NCBI RefSeq assembly: GCF_009914755.1
Contig: NC_060925.1
Strand: one strand, 5' to 3'
DNA length: 64,000 nt
From: the human T2T-CHM13v2.0 reference genome, Homo sapiens
The number at the start of each line of letters is the position of its first letter. Within the stretch, counting starts at the first letter, position 1. The notes beneath the pieces were generated by a model. It saw nothing but the letters and a program-made list of their open reading frames with translations, made no database searches and was not told the DNA's origin. Below, piece by piece: positions 31,571 through 44,850 of the stretch. Position numbers and translations under genes: made by a program.

Positions 31571-32742
31571 ATTGACTTAAATGGACATGAGTTGGCAATT
31601 CATATAATTAAGGACAGATGGCTATATGAAACCATCTCAACTTACCTAAGGTTTCAGAACAAAAGGTGAAATCCTATATTTCACTGCAAGTTAATTTTAT
31701 ATATCACTTTGGGTCATACTTCTTAAGTAACTTGTTTCTGAAGTAAACTTAGGATATGTGAGGGTTTTTCTCATTCAGGGGGTAAGAATGACTTTATAGA
31801 GATCTTGCTTTGAAGAAGTCTCTGATTAATGAATGACTGGAACCAAGAAACATAACAGTAATACTACTTATTGTTTGCGGTTGTTGGTAAAAGCCATACT
31901 TAAAAAATTCTGAATGACCCAACGGATTTTTGCTTTTGTTGACAGTTGCCATAAGAAAATCATATAGATGGATGGATAGATATAGATAGATATATGATTC
32001 ATAGAGACATCTCCAACTGTTTTCCTCTGTCTTGTCATTTTCTTGCTTTTCTTAAGCTTTCTCTTTCTCCTATAACTCTTCTGCCATTTCCTTGTTCAGA
32101 TAATTTCCTTGGCTCACTTGGCCAATTGCTATAGTCTTCTTAATCAATCTCCCTGTCTCTTCTCTCTGCCTCTTTCAATCTACCTTGTATACATCTGCCA
32201 TAATAGTCTTTCAAAAACACAGTAATCATGTCATTTGAAAAAAGTGTATGTATATTCCCTAGTTTCAAGCTCCCAATCTTGGTATTGAAAACCTGATCAA
32301 ACCCAGTTCTAACCTGCCTCTCTATCTTTAACTATCATCTCCTATCAGGAATTCCGTATCTTCTAATCAATCTGAAGTACTAATTACTATTTTCAAGAAA
32401 TAACCTTTACCTTCTCACTGCTGTGCCTTTACTTAATTTTTACTATTGCCATAAAATATTCCACATTTAACACTCCAAATTTCACAGCAATATCTACTAC
32501 CTCTGTACAGTTCACCCCAGATCTCTGGAATTTACTGGTCTCCTGAATATGCTCCTGTTACAGAAAATACAAGCTATCTTTTATTACAAAAAGTTAATGC
32601 CTTTTCTTCTACATTTGATTATAATCTCCTTGAAAACAGTTCCCATTTTATTCTTCATAGTACTTTATGACAGGTAAGAATTCAATGACTGTTTATTAAG
32701 TTGAGTTCTTTCAGCAGAAAAACACTGAAGAGGCATCAGATC

Positions 32743-32899
32743 ATGCACTCCCAGAGACCTCCACTTGCACTCCTTGAGGGCTCCACCCTCGATAGAAAAG
32801 GAGAAATCGCAGCTTCACTCGTCTCTAGGCTGTGGAAAGTCTCCAATTCAACTCTGTTCCAAATGATGCTGGTCACTGTTTTGTTGGCTACCATTCTTG
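32743..32899 (+). pseudogene. C4BPAP1: C4BPAP1 signal-peptide exon (coding part)
   Basis: MHSQRPPLALLEGSTLDRKGEIAASLVSRLWKVSNSTLFQMMLVTVLLATILG, similar to the C4BPA leader; NAGNAG acceptor 32712-32717, donor G|gtaagt. Confidence 0.92.
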
Positions 32900-33841
32900 G
32901 TAAGTAGTGGGGAGACAGGCCAGATGACCAGCATGCAACTGAGTTCATCACACACCCTATTTTAAGAGGTGTCTAAGAGATCTTTAACATTATGGAATAT
33001 ATTTGACCACCTGGAATTTGGGAAACATGCTATAAACTAAAAAAAGAAAATCTTGTTTTATAGACCGTCCTGATGCTCCCTTTTAGAATTTTTCTCTCCA
33101 GGAAACTCTGAACAACTTAACATTGAAACAATCATGACTTGTAATAAATGCGTATTATCTGCCAGCCTGGCCATGAACTCTCACTGCCTGTGTGGTTATT
33201 TAGAATGTAGAAGGGGTTGGTATAATTCTTCTGGGGCATTTGGAAGGTCACTCAGTACTTTGTTTAATTCTTGCCAGGGAAGTAGAATTAAGATTTTATT
33301 TTTCAAGGGTTTAATGATTCTCCACCTTGTAATGCTTTTGAAAAATATTTTATTTTTTAACAGGCCATTTATTCTAAATCTAAAAGTTCCAAAAGGACAT
33401 AAATGAAATGCCTCCTCATCCTTGACTGAGGCAACTAATCTTGCATAATGCTATTTTTAGTAGAAAATATGTTTCTGCTAAGGCAGGAGGTAGAGTCATA
33501 TGGCATGGCATAGCCACCTATATTCTGAGCAGACAGATGTGGGCAATCTGATAGAATGATGAAAATTAAGTCTATTCATTCACTTTCTAATAAATTAGCA
33601 CTTATACAGTCAAAGATGGACAAACTTTTCCTGCCTTTACTCATTATTGTTGTCATTATCATTACTCAACAAATGTGTATTATTGATCACTTACTGCGCT
33701 CATTGAACAATGACACAATAGGAGTTATGATAAAAGAGAAAATCATGGTCTCTGCTCTAGAAAACTTAGTACTCGGACATCGAGACATTGTGTCCCAAGA
33801 TATAACTGTTGATGTTCCTTGCCATTTTTTTGTGTGTGCAG

Positions 33842-34021
33842 GTGACTGTGGTCCTCCACCTGAGTTACCATTTGCTTTTCCAATAAATCCGTTGTATGAT
33901 ACTGAATTCAAAACTGGAACTACTCTGAAGTACACCTGCCACCCTGGGCATGGTAAAATCAATTCAAGTCGACTGATTTGTGATGCCAAAGACTCGTGGA
34001 ACTATAGTATCTTTTGTGCAA
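33842..34021 (+). pseudogene. C4BPAP1: C4BPAP1 exon, CCP1
   Basis: 180 nt open; [35 protein letters not shown]...WNYSIFCA. Confidence 0.93.
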
Positions 34022-34578
34022 GTAAGTATCAACATTTATTTTTCTCACCTTTACTTTTTTTCCCAGAAAGTTCTTTTAGGAACTTAATGAATTACTTAAT
34101 TCATATGAAAATCTTCTATCAAAACAGTTCAAAATTAACATCATCTATAGTATTTAGAAGAAATCAGTTGGGAATACACTTGGACATATTTTTTGAACAG
34201 TTAGAATATAGCATCTGCTTCCCTTTTCCTTCTGTTTCCCTGTGACGAAGGTCATATATTTTCGAGAGCATACATTTTTATGGACAACTGGTCAATAAAT
34301 ACATCCAGTATTATCACAGTGGTCTAACTGAGCAAATGAAACTAAGTGAAGTTTTTTTTTCTCTTCTTAAAATGTGTCAGAAAAATGAGATATATGTCTA
34401 TATATTTTTTTTCAAAGCAAAATATTAACGAGTCAGAATAAGAAATAAGCATTGAAAAATATCTCTAGGTCTATCTGGAAGCAGGAGTTAAAGTTAGTGA
34501 ACCAGACTTTTTTTTCCCCTAATGTTCTATTTTGTGAGTAATTGGAATCATGAGTCATTATTTTAATTTTCCTCCTAG

Positions 34579-34675
34579 AGAAACGATGCAGAAATCCAGA
34601 ATTAATCAATGGGATAGTGGAAGTTAAAAAAGATCTTCTCCTTGGTTCAACCATATAATTCAGCTGCTCAGAGGG
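34579..34675 (+). pseudogene. C4BPAP1: C4BPAP1 exon, CCP2a, carrying the premature stop
   Basis: 97 nt; KKRCRNPELINGIVEVKKDLLLGSTI*FSCSEG; TAA 34656-34658 at the conserved Glu of IEFSC. Confidence 0.93.
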
Positions 34676-35007
34676 GTGAGTATAAGGCAACCTAGAAGCA
34701 ATAATTTCCTTTTCAATTAATTTTTATAAGGAGTTAATACATTTATATGTTTCAAAAACAAAAGTGGCATAAAAAGGTATACATCAATAATTCTTACTTC
34801 CACCCCATCCTCATTCATCCCATTTCTCTCTGCCCTCTGACAGAAAATGACATTGATTAGTTTCAGATTTATCCCTTTAGTGTTTACTTCTATAAATACA
34901 AGTGAGTACAAGTATTTTTGTCAATACTTTTCCCTCTTTATTATACAGAAGATACCTGACTGCATACATCGTTTCGAACCCTGCTTTTGTTTTTTTCACT
35001 TACAACA

Positions 35008-35162
35008 TTGCTATGGACTGAATTTTTTTGGTATTCCCTCAAAATTCATATCTGAATCCCCAGTGTGATGGTATTTGGAGATGGGGCCTTTGGGAGGTCA
35101 TTAGGTCATGGGAGCGGAGTCCTCATGTGGGGATTAGTGTCCTTATAAAAAGACGTGAGAGA

Positions 35163-35209
<47 letters not shown>

Positions 35210-35417
35210 GTCTTTCTCTCTCTGTCTCTGCCATGTGAGGACACAGCAGGAAGGCAAACCATCTGCAAACCAGGAAGTAGGCCCTCACCAGAACCTAACT
35301 ATGTTGGTACCCTGATCTCAGACTTCCTAGCTTCCAGTACTGTGAGAAATAAATTTCTGTTGTTTAAGCCATCCAGTCTATGGTATTTTGTTATAGCAAC
35401 CAGAAATAACTAAGACA
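35008..35417 (+). mobile_element. MaLR LTR (MST/MLT1A-like) containing a (CT)n microsatellite at about 35167-35205
   Basis: tgctatggactgaat...actaagaca. Confidence 0.8.
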
Positions 35418-36638
35418 AATATGTACTAGAGATCTTTGACATTCATGCACCAAGTGTGCCCTCATTCTCTCTCTCTGTCTGTGTGTATATGTATGTTTAC
35501 AGCTGTATAGTTTTCTAACGCATGTATCGTAGCTTATCATCGTTTATTTAATGATTCCTACTGATGGATTTTTGTGTGTTTCCAATCTTTTCCTGTTACA
35601 TACAATGTCCTGATGCATACTTTTTATATATGTTATGTTATATATATTAATATAGAGAGATGTTTGTAGGACGAATTCCCAGAAGTGGGATTGTTGGATC
35701 AGAGAGAAGATGCTTTGAAATTTTGCTAAATATTGCCAAATTGCTCTTTATAAACTGTAAAATTTTGTAATGTAAACAAACGCCTGTGTCTTTACCTCTG
35801 TGATTTACTATTTTTGAATTTTTTGCCTATTAAAAAGAGAAAATAAAATCTCTGTATAGTATTTTTTAAGTTTTTAATTTTTTTCAGACCTCTCAGGGGT
35901 GAAAAACTTTTTATTTTGAGGTAAGTATAGGTTCACATGCAAATATTAAAAAAATACAGAAAGAATCCATATCTTTCTCTAGATGGCCTTCGCATTGTCT
36001 TGGCATCATTTATTAATAAGTCTACATCTAATCCATGTGAGAGAACATCTTTTAAAAATACGTATTTAATACTTCAGCGTATATTAGTCTTTTTTAGATG
36101 TTCTATTCAATGCTTTTAGTCTTTCTGTATATTCACACAACCAGCTCCTTTCTCTTGAATTTTTAGTGTGCAACATCACTTAGAGGTATCCGCCTGACTG
36201 TTCTGTTTTTATAGAGTTTTCCTATGTTTGCTTGTTTGTATTTCTATATGAACTTTTAAATTGGTTGATTTTTACTTTTAATCAATTGTATTAAGCTTTT
36301 AAATGAACTTTAAGAGAATAGACATTTTATGATATTGCATCTTGCCAGCCAAGACTTTCCATTTGTCCTAGTTGTCTATGTGTGTGTGGCTGTGTGTGTG
36401 TGTTTCAGGACTGTTTTAAAGCTTTCCCCATTTACATTTTTCAATTCTTATGTTTGGTCTCTGCTATCTTATTTTATTTTTGTCTTATTTTTGAGATTGC
36501 AAATGGTGTCTTTTCTTCCATTATATCTCCTAACAATTTTTATTCATATATATGGAAACTACTTATTTCTATATATTAATATCATATCTCAGCTAATGCC
36601 TTGAATTTCCTTATTACTTATAATAGTCTATCAGTTGG

Positions 36639-37004
36639 TGATATGGCTTGGCTTTGTCCCCACCCAAATCTCATTTTGAATTGTAGCTCCCGTAATTCCC
36701 ACGTGTGGTGGAAGGGACCCCATGGGAGATAATTGAATCATGGTGGGGGGCGGTTTCCCCCTTATTGTTCTCATGGTGATGATTAAGTCTCACGAAATCT
36801 GATGATTTTATAAGGGGTTTCCCCTTTCACTTAGCACTCATTCTTTCTTGCCTGCTGCCATGTAAGACATGCCTTTTCCCTTCCGCCAAGATTTTGAGGC
36901 TTCCTCTGCCACGTGGAACTGTCAGTCCATTAAACCTCTTTTTCTGTATAAACTACCCAGGCTCAGGTATGTCTTTATCAGCAGTGTGAAAACGGACTAA
37001 TACA
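36639..37004 (+). mobile_element. THE1 solo LTR
   Basis: tgatatggcttggctttgtccccacccaaatctc...gactaataca; 5-bp TSD gtYgg. Confidence 0.92.
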
Positions 37005-37348
37005 GTCGGATTTTCTTGGGATTTCCAGATATGTAATTATGTCATCTGAAAATAATGATTCTGTTATTTTCTCTTTTCCAATTTTTGTATTTCTAATTCC
37101 TTTTTCTTATGTACTTATGCTAGCAATTATCTCAAATAAAAAATTGATACCAGTTATTTTTCTCTTATACTTGACTCTAGCAGAAATGACTAGCATTTTC
37201 TTCCTAAATTTAGTGGAGCTGTATCTGCACTGATTCCTGTTATATTGAACATTTTTGGCCAAAACTAATTGTTGATTATTTTTCAAATGCCATTTTAGTG
37301 ACTATCAAGATGATGGTTTATTTTTCTTAATAGATTTATTAATATCAT

Positions 37349-37725
37349 GTATATATTAGTCTGCTCAGGCTTTCATAAAAAAATACCAAAATCCCACGGG
37401 CTGGGACAGTTCTGGAGTCTAGAAGTCTCAGAACAAGGTCCCACAGGTTTTGGTTCCTGTTGAGGGCTCCCCACCTGGGTTGCAGATGGCTGGTTGTCTT
37501 CTCACTGTGTCCACACATGATCTTTCCCTGGTGTCAGCATGAGGGTGCAGGGACTGCAAGTGGGAGATCTTTGTGGTGTTTTTTCTTATAAGGACCCTAA
37601 TCTTACTGGATCAGGGCTCCACCCTTCTGAACATTAATTACTTACTTATGCAAATATAGCTACACTAGGGGGTTAGGGCTTCCACATATAAATTTTGAGG
37701 AGATAGATACATTCAGTCCATAACA
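37349..37725 (-). mobile_element. MLT1A-like MaLR LTR
   Basis: tattagtctgctcaggct...cattcagtccataaca. Confidence 0.75.
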
Positions 37726-38871
37726 AGTTATTCTATATTAATATATTTCCTAATTTTGAAGGATCCTTTTATTCTTTAAATAAAACTATACTATTTGGTC
37801 ATTGTATAATTTTCTTTTTAAAGTGTTCCTGGACTCTGTTTGATAATATTTTATTCAGGAACTTATTATTGATATTCAGAGTAAATTTTTTTTTTAAAGG
37901 CAAAAGGTCCTAGAATAAAGACTGGGACTTGTCAAGAGCAAGAACAATGAGATGATAATCAGGAAGTTAGGAACTTATGAGTTCCTAAGGAACTCTCAGG
38001 TTTATGAGAGTAAGCTAAGCTCTAGAAGCCAGAAAAAAGATTCAAATTAGAGGTCAGAGTACTAGTACACATCAGTAATGTGTCTTGCTCGTTTATTTAA
38101 AGGAAACTACATAACAAACTCAAGTGAACCACTTACTTGTTTTGAACTGCTTGATTTATAGCTTGTTAGGGAAAGAGTGTAAGATTTAAGACAAGTCCTC
38201 AGATTTTAGGTGTAAAACTTGTTGTGTTCTCTTTTTATTCATTTCGGATGGGTACCATGTGATACAAAGAAAAAGCTTAAGTTGCTTAGACAAGCTAGAG
38301 CATTTTAAAATTGAACAAATAAACCCTTCGCTTGATATGAGAAAATGTAACTGCAAGTTGGCCTAAATGGTAATTAGTAATCAAGACAGCATTATTTTTT
38401 CATTTTAAAATATTTAATAAAAATTTGTTTCTTTTTTTCTTTAACAGGAGAAAATTACAGTGTTTATTCATGCAACATACATGTGGGAGAGCTTGGTGAT
38501 GAGTAACTCAAAGGGAGTGATTAGAATTTGGGGCTTATATACCATTTTAGTAGGTGAAGGGAGAAAGGCACTTATGGGAAACAAATGACTTTCTAGAAAG
38601 ATAAATACATTTTCAGGAGAACAAACAGGAGATAAGAAAGTTAGTAAAAATATATATTTTTTGAATGTTTACTTTAGGTTCAGGGGTACATGTGCAGGTT
38701 TGTTATATAGGTAAACTCATGTCATGGGGATTTGGTATGCAGATTATTACATCACACATGTACTAAGCATAGTACTCAATATTTATTTTTTCTGATTTGT
38801 CCAAAACCTCATAGACAATTTATGTCTAGAGTAAATGAATTCCACTAAAATGTTTGACCTATCTTATTTAG

Positions 38872-38957
38872 ATTTTTCTTAATTGGCTCAACCACCAGTC
38901 ATTGTCAGATCCAAGGTAAAGGAGTTGATTGGAGTGATCCTCTCCCAGAACGTGTAA
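38872..38957 (+). pseudogene. C4BPAP1: C4BPAP1 exon, CCP2b, Cys-IV replaced by Arg
   Basis: 86 nt; [28 protein letters not shown]; CGT 38951-38953 where TGT is expected. Confidence 0.92.
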
Positions 38958-39127
38958 GTAAGTAAAACTTTTTTTTCTGACCTGACTACAAACCTAAACT
39001 ACTTTAGGTAATAACACTGCTGTGAAATCTCACTGCTTCTTTTACCCTCCGTTAGAATTTGCATGAATTTTCGATTTAACCCAATGCCTACCCTGAGTGT
39101 TTCTTTCTCTTCACTCACTCACCTCAG

Positions 39128-39322
39128 TTGCCAAGTGCGAGCCCCCTCCAGACATCAGGAATGGGAAGCACAGCGGTGGAGATCAAGAATTCTACACATA
39201 TGCCTCCTCTGTCACCTACAGCTGCAACCCCTACTTCTCACTCATAGGCAACGTCTCCATCTCCTGCACCGTGGAGAATGAAACAATAGGTGTCTGGAGC
39301 CCAAACCCTCCTATCTGTGAAA
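39128..39322 (+). pseudogene. C4BPAP1: C4BPAP1 exon, CCP3
   Basis: 195 nt open; [32 protein letters not shown]...WSPNPPICE. Confidence 0.93.
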
Positions 39323-40865
39323 GTAAGTCAGAATGATTAGTTCTGCTTTGATCTCTTTTATTTGTTTAAAAACAAAAGGAAGGCATATTTATTAGGGAAG
39401 ATGGAATGATTCAAAGAGAAACTAATCACTGCAATGATGGAGTCATTCATTTGTTCAACTAATCTTGTTACATGCTGTATCAGTCAGAATAGCATAGGCT
39501 GTGCTGCAGTAGTAATCAACACCTAAATCTCAAGGCCTTTATACAGTAAAAGTTTTTTTCAAGTTTCTTCTTAGTGCACTGCTAGCCTGGGAAACTCCCT
39601 AGGGCAGCTGTCACTTATATGGTAATCCAGATTGTTTAGATCTTTGACACCTCCATGTCAAAACTTCCACAATTAGTTCAGCGGGAGAAGAGAACAAGGA
39701 AAGTCAGTCTCTGGCTCTTCAGTTCTTTGACCTGGAAGTGACATATATCACTTGCCATTACAGCCTTTTGACCAGAACTAGTTCCTTATTTCTGCCTAAT
39801 ACAGAATAACCGGGAAACACTGTCTTTTGTTTACCTTACAATAACTGGAAGTATGGGTGGACACTAACAATGTCAACCATGCATGCCTAAGGAGCAAACA
39901 AAACACCAACACCAGCAGGTAATAAAGGTAATAAAACACAATGAAAGAAAGTATTTTCCCTTGGCCTCTCTATGGAAGCCAGAAGAGATGTTACGTCAAT
40001 ATCAGTAATGATTCAGCTTGCTGGTTTAGGACATTATTCTTTACTGCAAATAAAGTGCCTAAAAACCATAGTATCACATATTGTTTTGACTCAGTACAGG
40101 ACACAGCCAATGCCGGGGTGAGAGAGAGCATAACAGTGAAAAGACTGCAAGAAGTGGAAAAGGCAGGAGCTGAGGCTGGATAAGTTAGTAGGGGCCAGGT
40201 TACGAAAGCTTTGTGTGTCACTTTCAGGAGTTTGGAATGAAGGAAAAGGGAAGACATTAAAAGGACAATGTGAAGTGAAACAAAACATAACTAATAGGCA
40301 CCTGTTGCAACCTTTCAGCCAGGAAGTGAAAGTGGCTTCAACTGTAGCCACAGCAGTGAGCCTGGAGGAAAGTTGAGGAAGTATAGAGGAATTAAGATGG
40401 CAGGATTGACAGGACATGATGACTAACATGATGTGGGGTGAAGGCGGCTTGTTCTCTGCTTATGGAGGCGCAGCACAGATTTCCCGATACCCTGGCTGCC
40501 TCTGCATGACACCATATCATTACCATGGGTCACTGACCCCCAACCAAAATCATCCAGGAAATTAGGCCATTTAATGGAAGGATTTGGAGACATTGAGATT
40601 TGGACTTCAGGGTTTAGATATTGCCCATTCTTATTGATGAGAAAGTTGGAGGACTTTACATGACTAACATGATGGGACCTCATTTTGCTGAGGTTTCTGG
40701 CAACTGAAAGGAAGTATACAAATCTCCAAAATGTTTTCTTTGTTCAGCGCCTATTAAATATATATTTGTATCAGGCCCTCCTTGAAGCCATGCCAACAGT
40801 TACAGTCACATCTTTACTGCCATTTCTCTCTGATAACTCAGATGTCTTTTTGTATGCTTCTTTAG

Positions 40866-41048
40866 AAATTGTCTGTCGTCGACCACAGATTCCAAAGGCA
40901 ATCTTTGTTTCTGGATTTGGACCCCTCTATACTTACAAAGACTCTATTATGGTTAACTGTGAGGAAGGTTATATCCTCAGAGGCAGCAGTTTAATCTATT
41001 GTGAAACGAATAATGAGTGGTATCCTTCTGTTCCCTCTTGCATATCCA
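40866..41048 (+). pseudogene. C4BPAP1: C4BPAP1 exon, CCP4
   Basis: 183 nt open; IVCRRPQIPKAIFVSGFGPLYTYKDSIMVNC...WYPSVPSCIS. Confidence 0.93.
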
Positions 41049-42383
41049 GTGAGTATGGACTACGATGGAGTTCCAATATTTGGATCTAAAACTATCCTGA
41101 CATATAGGTGTGGCATGCTCACAGGCACAAGCCAACTCTACTCCCAATAATCATTTTAAGATAAATTGGTACTTTTCTTGTCAAAAGGAAGATTTTTTTG
41201 TTAATAATCTCTTAGCGCTATTGGAAGAATTCCAAATATATAGTCATGAGACCAATGACTTCATAGATATTGTAGACTTATATATTTGCTATAAAAATTT
41301 TCCAGGAGACAATAGTAAAGTGTTTCAGTCTAACAAAATCAATGTATTACGAGAATTTTTTGAACAATGGAAGTAAGATTCCTTTAAGACAGTTCTTTTT
41401 TATAATTTGCATAGAAATGCTCTATGGGCCAATATTGGTCTTGAGACCTTCATGTTGTAAATACATACAGATCATTTATAACATTAATGATTTATTGCTA
41501 GCATTTATTGAGCATTTTCTATGTTATAAACACTGTTCTAAGTGCTTTACATCAATTAACTCATTCAATATTTACAACTATTCCAAGAAGTTGCTATTTT
41601 TTATCCAATTTTAATGGTGAGAAAACCGAAAAAGAAAGATTAAGTAACTGGCACAAGCTCACATAGTTAATTGGAGGTGGAAGCCACCACTACATTGTGG
41701 TTTATCTAGTCTCTTCTGCTATCACATAAACTTAGGTGCCATTCAAAATGTGTAGTAATGAAATTCAATAAATACACAATTTGACAGACACATATCCTCT
41801 CTTTGATTCACACTGACCTTTAGCATATTGTTGAATAGAAAAAAAAAATACAAGATGAAAGGCCCAGCTGCAAAAGTTATATGGGGCTTGGTTTGAGGCC
41901 AAAGCATGAAGTTGCAGATGATAGTGTCATGATGTCAAGAAGAATGCCTCTTATTTTAATTCCCCATTAGGCAATGAGATTAGAAAGTCATTCTCATCTT
42001 GGAGCAAATTTTTGCTGTGTCTTTCTAGTGATCCTAATTCTTCCCCTGAAGACCAACCATTCTAAAGTGCAGTGATGTGAAAGGAAAACTAAGCTCCTAC
42101 GGAGTTGACCCAGCACCTAGAAACTGTCCCCTTCCTACACCATGGCATGCTTCTCAGTACAGCCTCTCCAGTGGCACATGCATTTAGTAGACACATGCAC
42201 TTAATAGACACTAGTCTATTGGGCAGTGGTGCTGCCGAGTCTTTTTCTGGAATTCCCATTTAATCTTTACCATCTCATTTTTTGCTGAATGACTATGTTA
42301 TATCCCTTTTTTGTGACAGGCTCACGAGTCACTCTGCCATTCCCAGTAACACATTTCTTTCACCCTTGTGCTTTCTTTATGAG

Positions 42384-42584
42384 TGAATGGTTGCACTGTC
42401 CTACCGGACATTTCCTATGCTTCCTGGGAGAGAAATGACTACAACCTAAGTGATCACGAAATATTTGAAATTGGAACTGAGTTGAAATATCTATGCAAAC
42501 CTGGCTATAGACCTGTTTTAGATGAGCCTCTGACTGTGACTTGTCAGGAAAATTTGACATGGACATCTTCCAATGAGTGTGAGA
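42384..42584 (+). pseudogene. C4BPAP1: C4BPAP1 exon, CCP5
   Basis: 201 nt open; [41 protein letters not shown]...WTSSNECE; weak GAG acceptor. Confidence 0.88.
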
Positions 42585-42649
42585 GTAAGAAGACTTGAAC
42601 TTTGTTTTGTGTATATATGTGTGTGTATCTTCTTTGATATTGAAAATGT

Positions 42650-44850
42650 TGAGCACAATCCTTGAAATTTGCTGAGACTTGCTTCACTTCATAGCATATA
42701 GTTAATTTTTATAAATGTTCTGTGTGCACTTGAAAAGATGCATATTTTGCAGTTGTTGGGTGCAATGTTACATATACATCAATTAGATCTAATTTTAATG
42801 GTTTTGTTCAAATCTATTTCCATATTTATATTTATTTCTTGTCTACTTGTTCTCTCGGTTACTAAAAAAGTTTTGTTTGTCTTTTATCTTTTCAGAGTTT
42901 TTGTTTGTTTGCTTGCTTGCTTGTTTTGAGACAGGGTCTTGCTCTGTCACCCAGGCTGGAATGCAGTGGCATGATCTCGGCTGGATGCAGCCTCAACTTC
43001 CCGGGCTCGAGCCATCCTCCTGACTCAGTAGCTGGGACTACAAGTATACACCACCACACCTGGCTCATTTTTGTATTCTTTGTAAAGATGGGGTTTTGTC
43101 ATGTTGTCCAGACTGGTCTCAAACTCCTGGACTCAAGAAATTCACTCACCTCGGCCTCCCAAAGTGCTGGGATTACTGGTGTGAGCCACCACACGTGGCC
43201 ATCTTTTTAGTTTTTTCAAATCATTTTTTGCTTTGTATATTTTGAGACTACATTGCTAGATGCATACAAATTTAGAATGATATATTTTCCTGATAAATTT
43301 CACTTTTTATCATTATAAAATGACTCTATTACTATAACTGTTTTATCTTTAAAATTCTACTTTTACATTAATATAGTTCTGACATCTTTATCTGAGTTAG
43401 TGTTTACATGGTTTATCCTCTTTTAGTCTTTTGTTTTTGTACTTTCTGTAATTGTATATTTTAAGTGTATCTTGGAAGCAGGATAGAGTTGGATATTTTA
43501 ATCCTACTTGACAATTTTCATTATTTAATTAGAGCACTTGTCAGTGTACAGTTAGTGTAATAATTAATATAATTGAATTTATATCTACCATCTATTTGCT
43601 ATATACGTTTTTTGTTTTACATTCTTTTTTTTCCCTCCTTTTGAATTGATTTTAAATTTTTTTCCATTTTTTTTACCTGGTATTTACTTGGTATTTATTT
43701 ACTTTTAGCTCTTTTTATGATGTTTATACATAATTTACTACTTTTGCCTCTTCCCAGGCAATGAAAAGCCTTAGAAACCTTTAACTTGATTTATCCTGCC
43801 TGACTTATATGATTTTATTTTTCAATTCTAAATGTGTCTTAAACTCTGCATTATTATTATCATTATTACTATTGCATTATTATCTTAGTAAATCCAATTA
43901 GTTTAGATTTGTTCACATAATTACTATTTTATTCTCTTCTGATTCTTCAGTCATATCTGTTATCCCTTTCTTTTGCTTCATAAATACTCTCTAGTTTCTT
44001 TTAGTGAGAACCTGTTGATGATAAATTTCTCTCTTTGTTTTTCTCAATGTGCCTTTATTTCACCTTAATATTTGAAGATATATTTGCTGGATATAAACTT
44101 CTAGATTGGCAATTGTTTTCCGTGGTCATGTGAAAGATTTCATTCCACGGTCTTCTGCCTTTAATTGTTTCTGTCAAGAATTTTGCTATTAGTCATACTG
44201 TTGATCATGTGAAGGTTTTCTATTTTTTCTGATTGCTTTTAAGATGTTCTTGCCTTTTTTTTGTGGCAGTTTTTGTCTGATATGTCTGGGTTGGTTTCTT
44301 TGTGTTTACCCTTTTTGAGATTTAGGATATTTCTATAATATGAGGTTTGATGCCTTTCACTGATTTTGGAAAAATTTTCAACTTCAAATACTTCAATATT
44401 ATAAATAAGTATTTTCTTTGAGTACAATTTCAGCCCTATTTTCACTCTTCTACTGATACTTTGGCTACATTTATGTTAAGCTTTTATACTGAATCTTCTA
44501 TATTTCCTGTGCTCTTACCTGTGTTTTTACTTTTTGTTTCTCAGTATTTTACTATGAATATAAATTAAGTTCACTAATTCTCTCTTCATTGATGTATTAT
44601 CTGATATTAATTATGAGTTGAATTCTTAACTTTATTGTTTTTTCACTTTCAAGATTCCCATTTGTAGTGGATTTGTAGTATTGATATTGATTTTTCTACC
44701 AAAATTCTCAATGATGTATTTTATTTCCTTCTACATAACAAAGCAAAGTGGCTTTTAAGTCAATGTTTAGAACTTCATTTTCTGGATCCTCTCAGATCTG
44801 TTAGCATTGTCTCTTGCTTTCTTTGGCTTTTTAATAACCTTGTCTGGTCT
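42650..44850 (-). mobile_element. Old L1M fragments with nested AluJ (about 42905-43200)
   Basis: L1 ORF2/ORF1-like reverse sequence; reverse Alu. Confidence 0.75.

Noticed and set aside
33556-34245. 229-aa ORF, the longest in the window
   Set aside because: Only 33842-34021 is a real CCP1 exon; the rest is open intron by chance
38954-38963. Tandem GTAAGT donors 4 nt apart as a new lesion
   Set aside because: They arise from the Val codon GTA next to the true donor; no evidence of use
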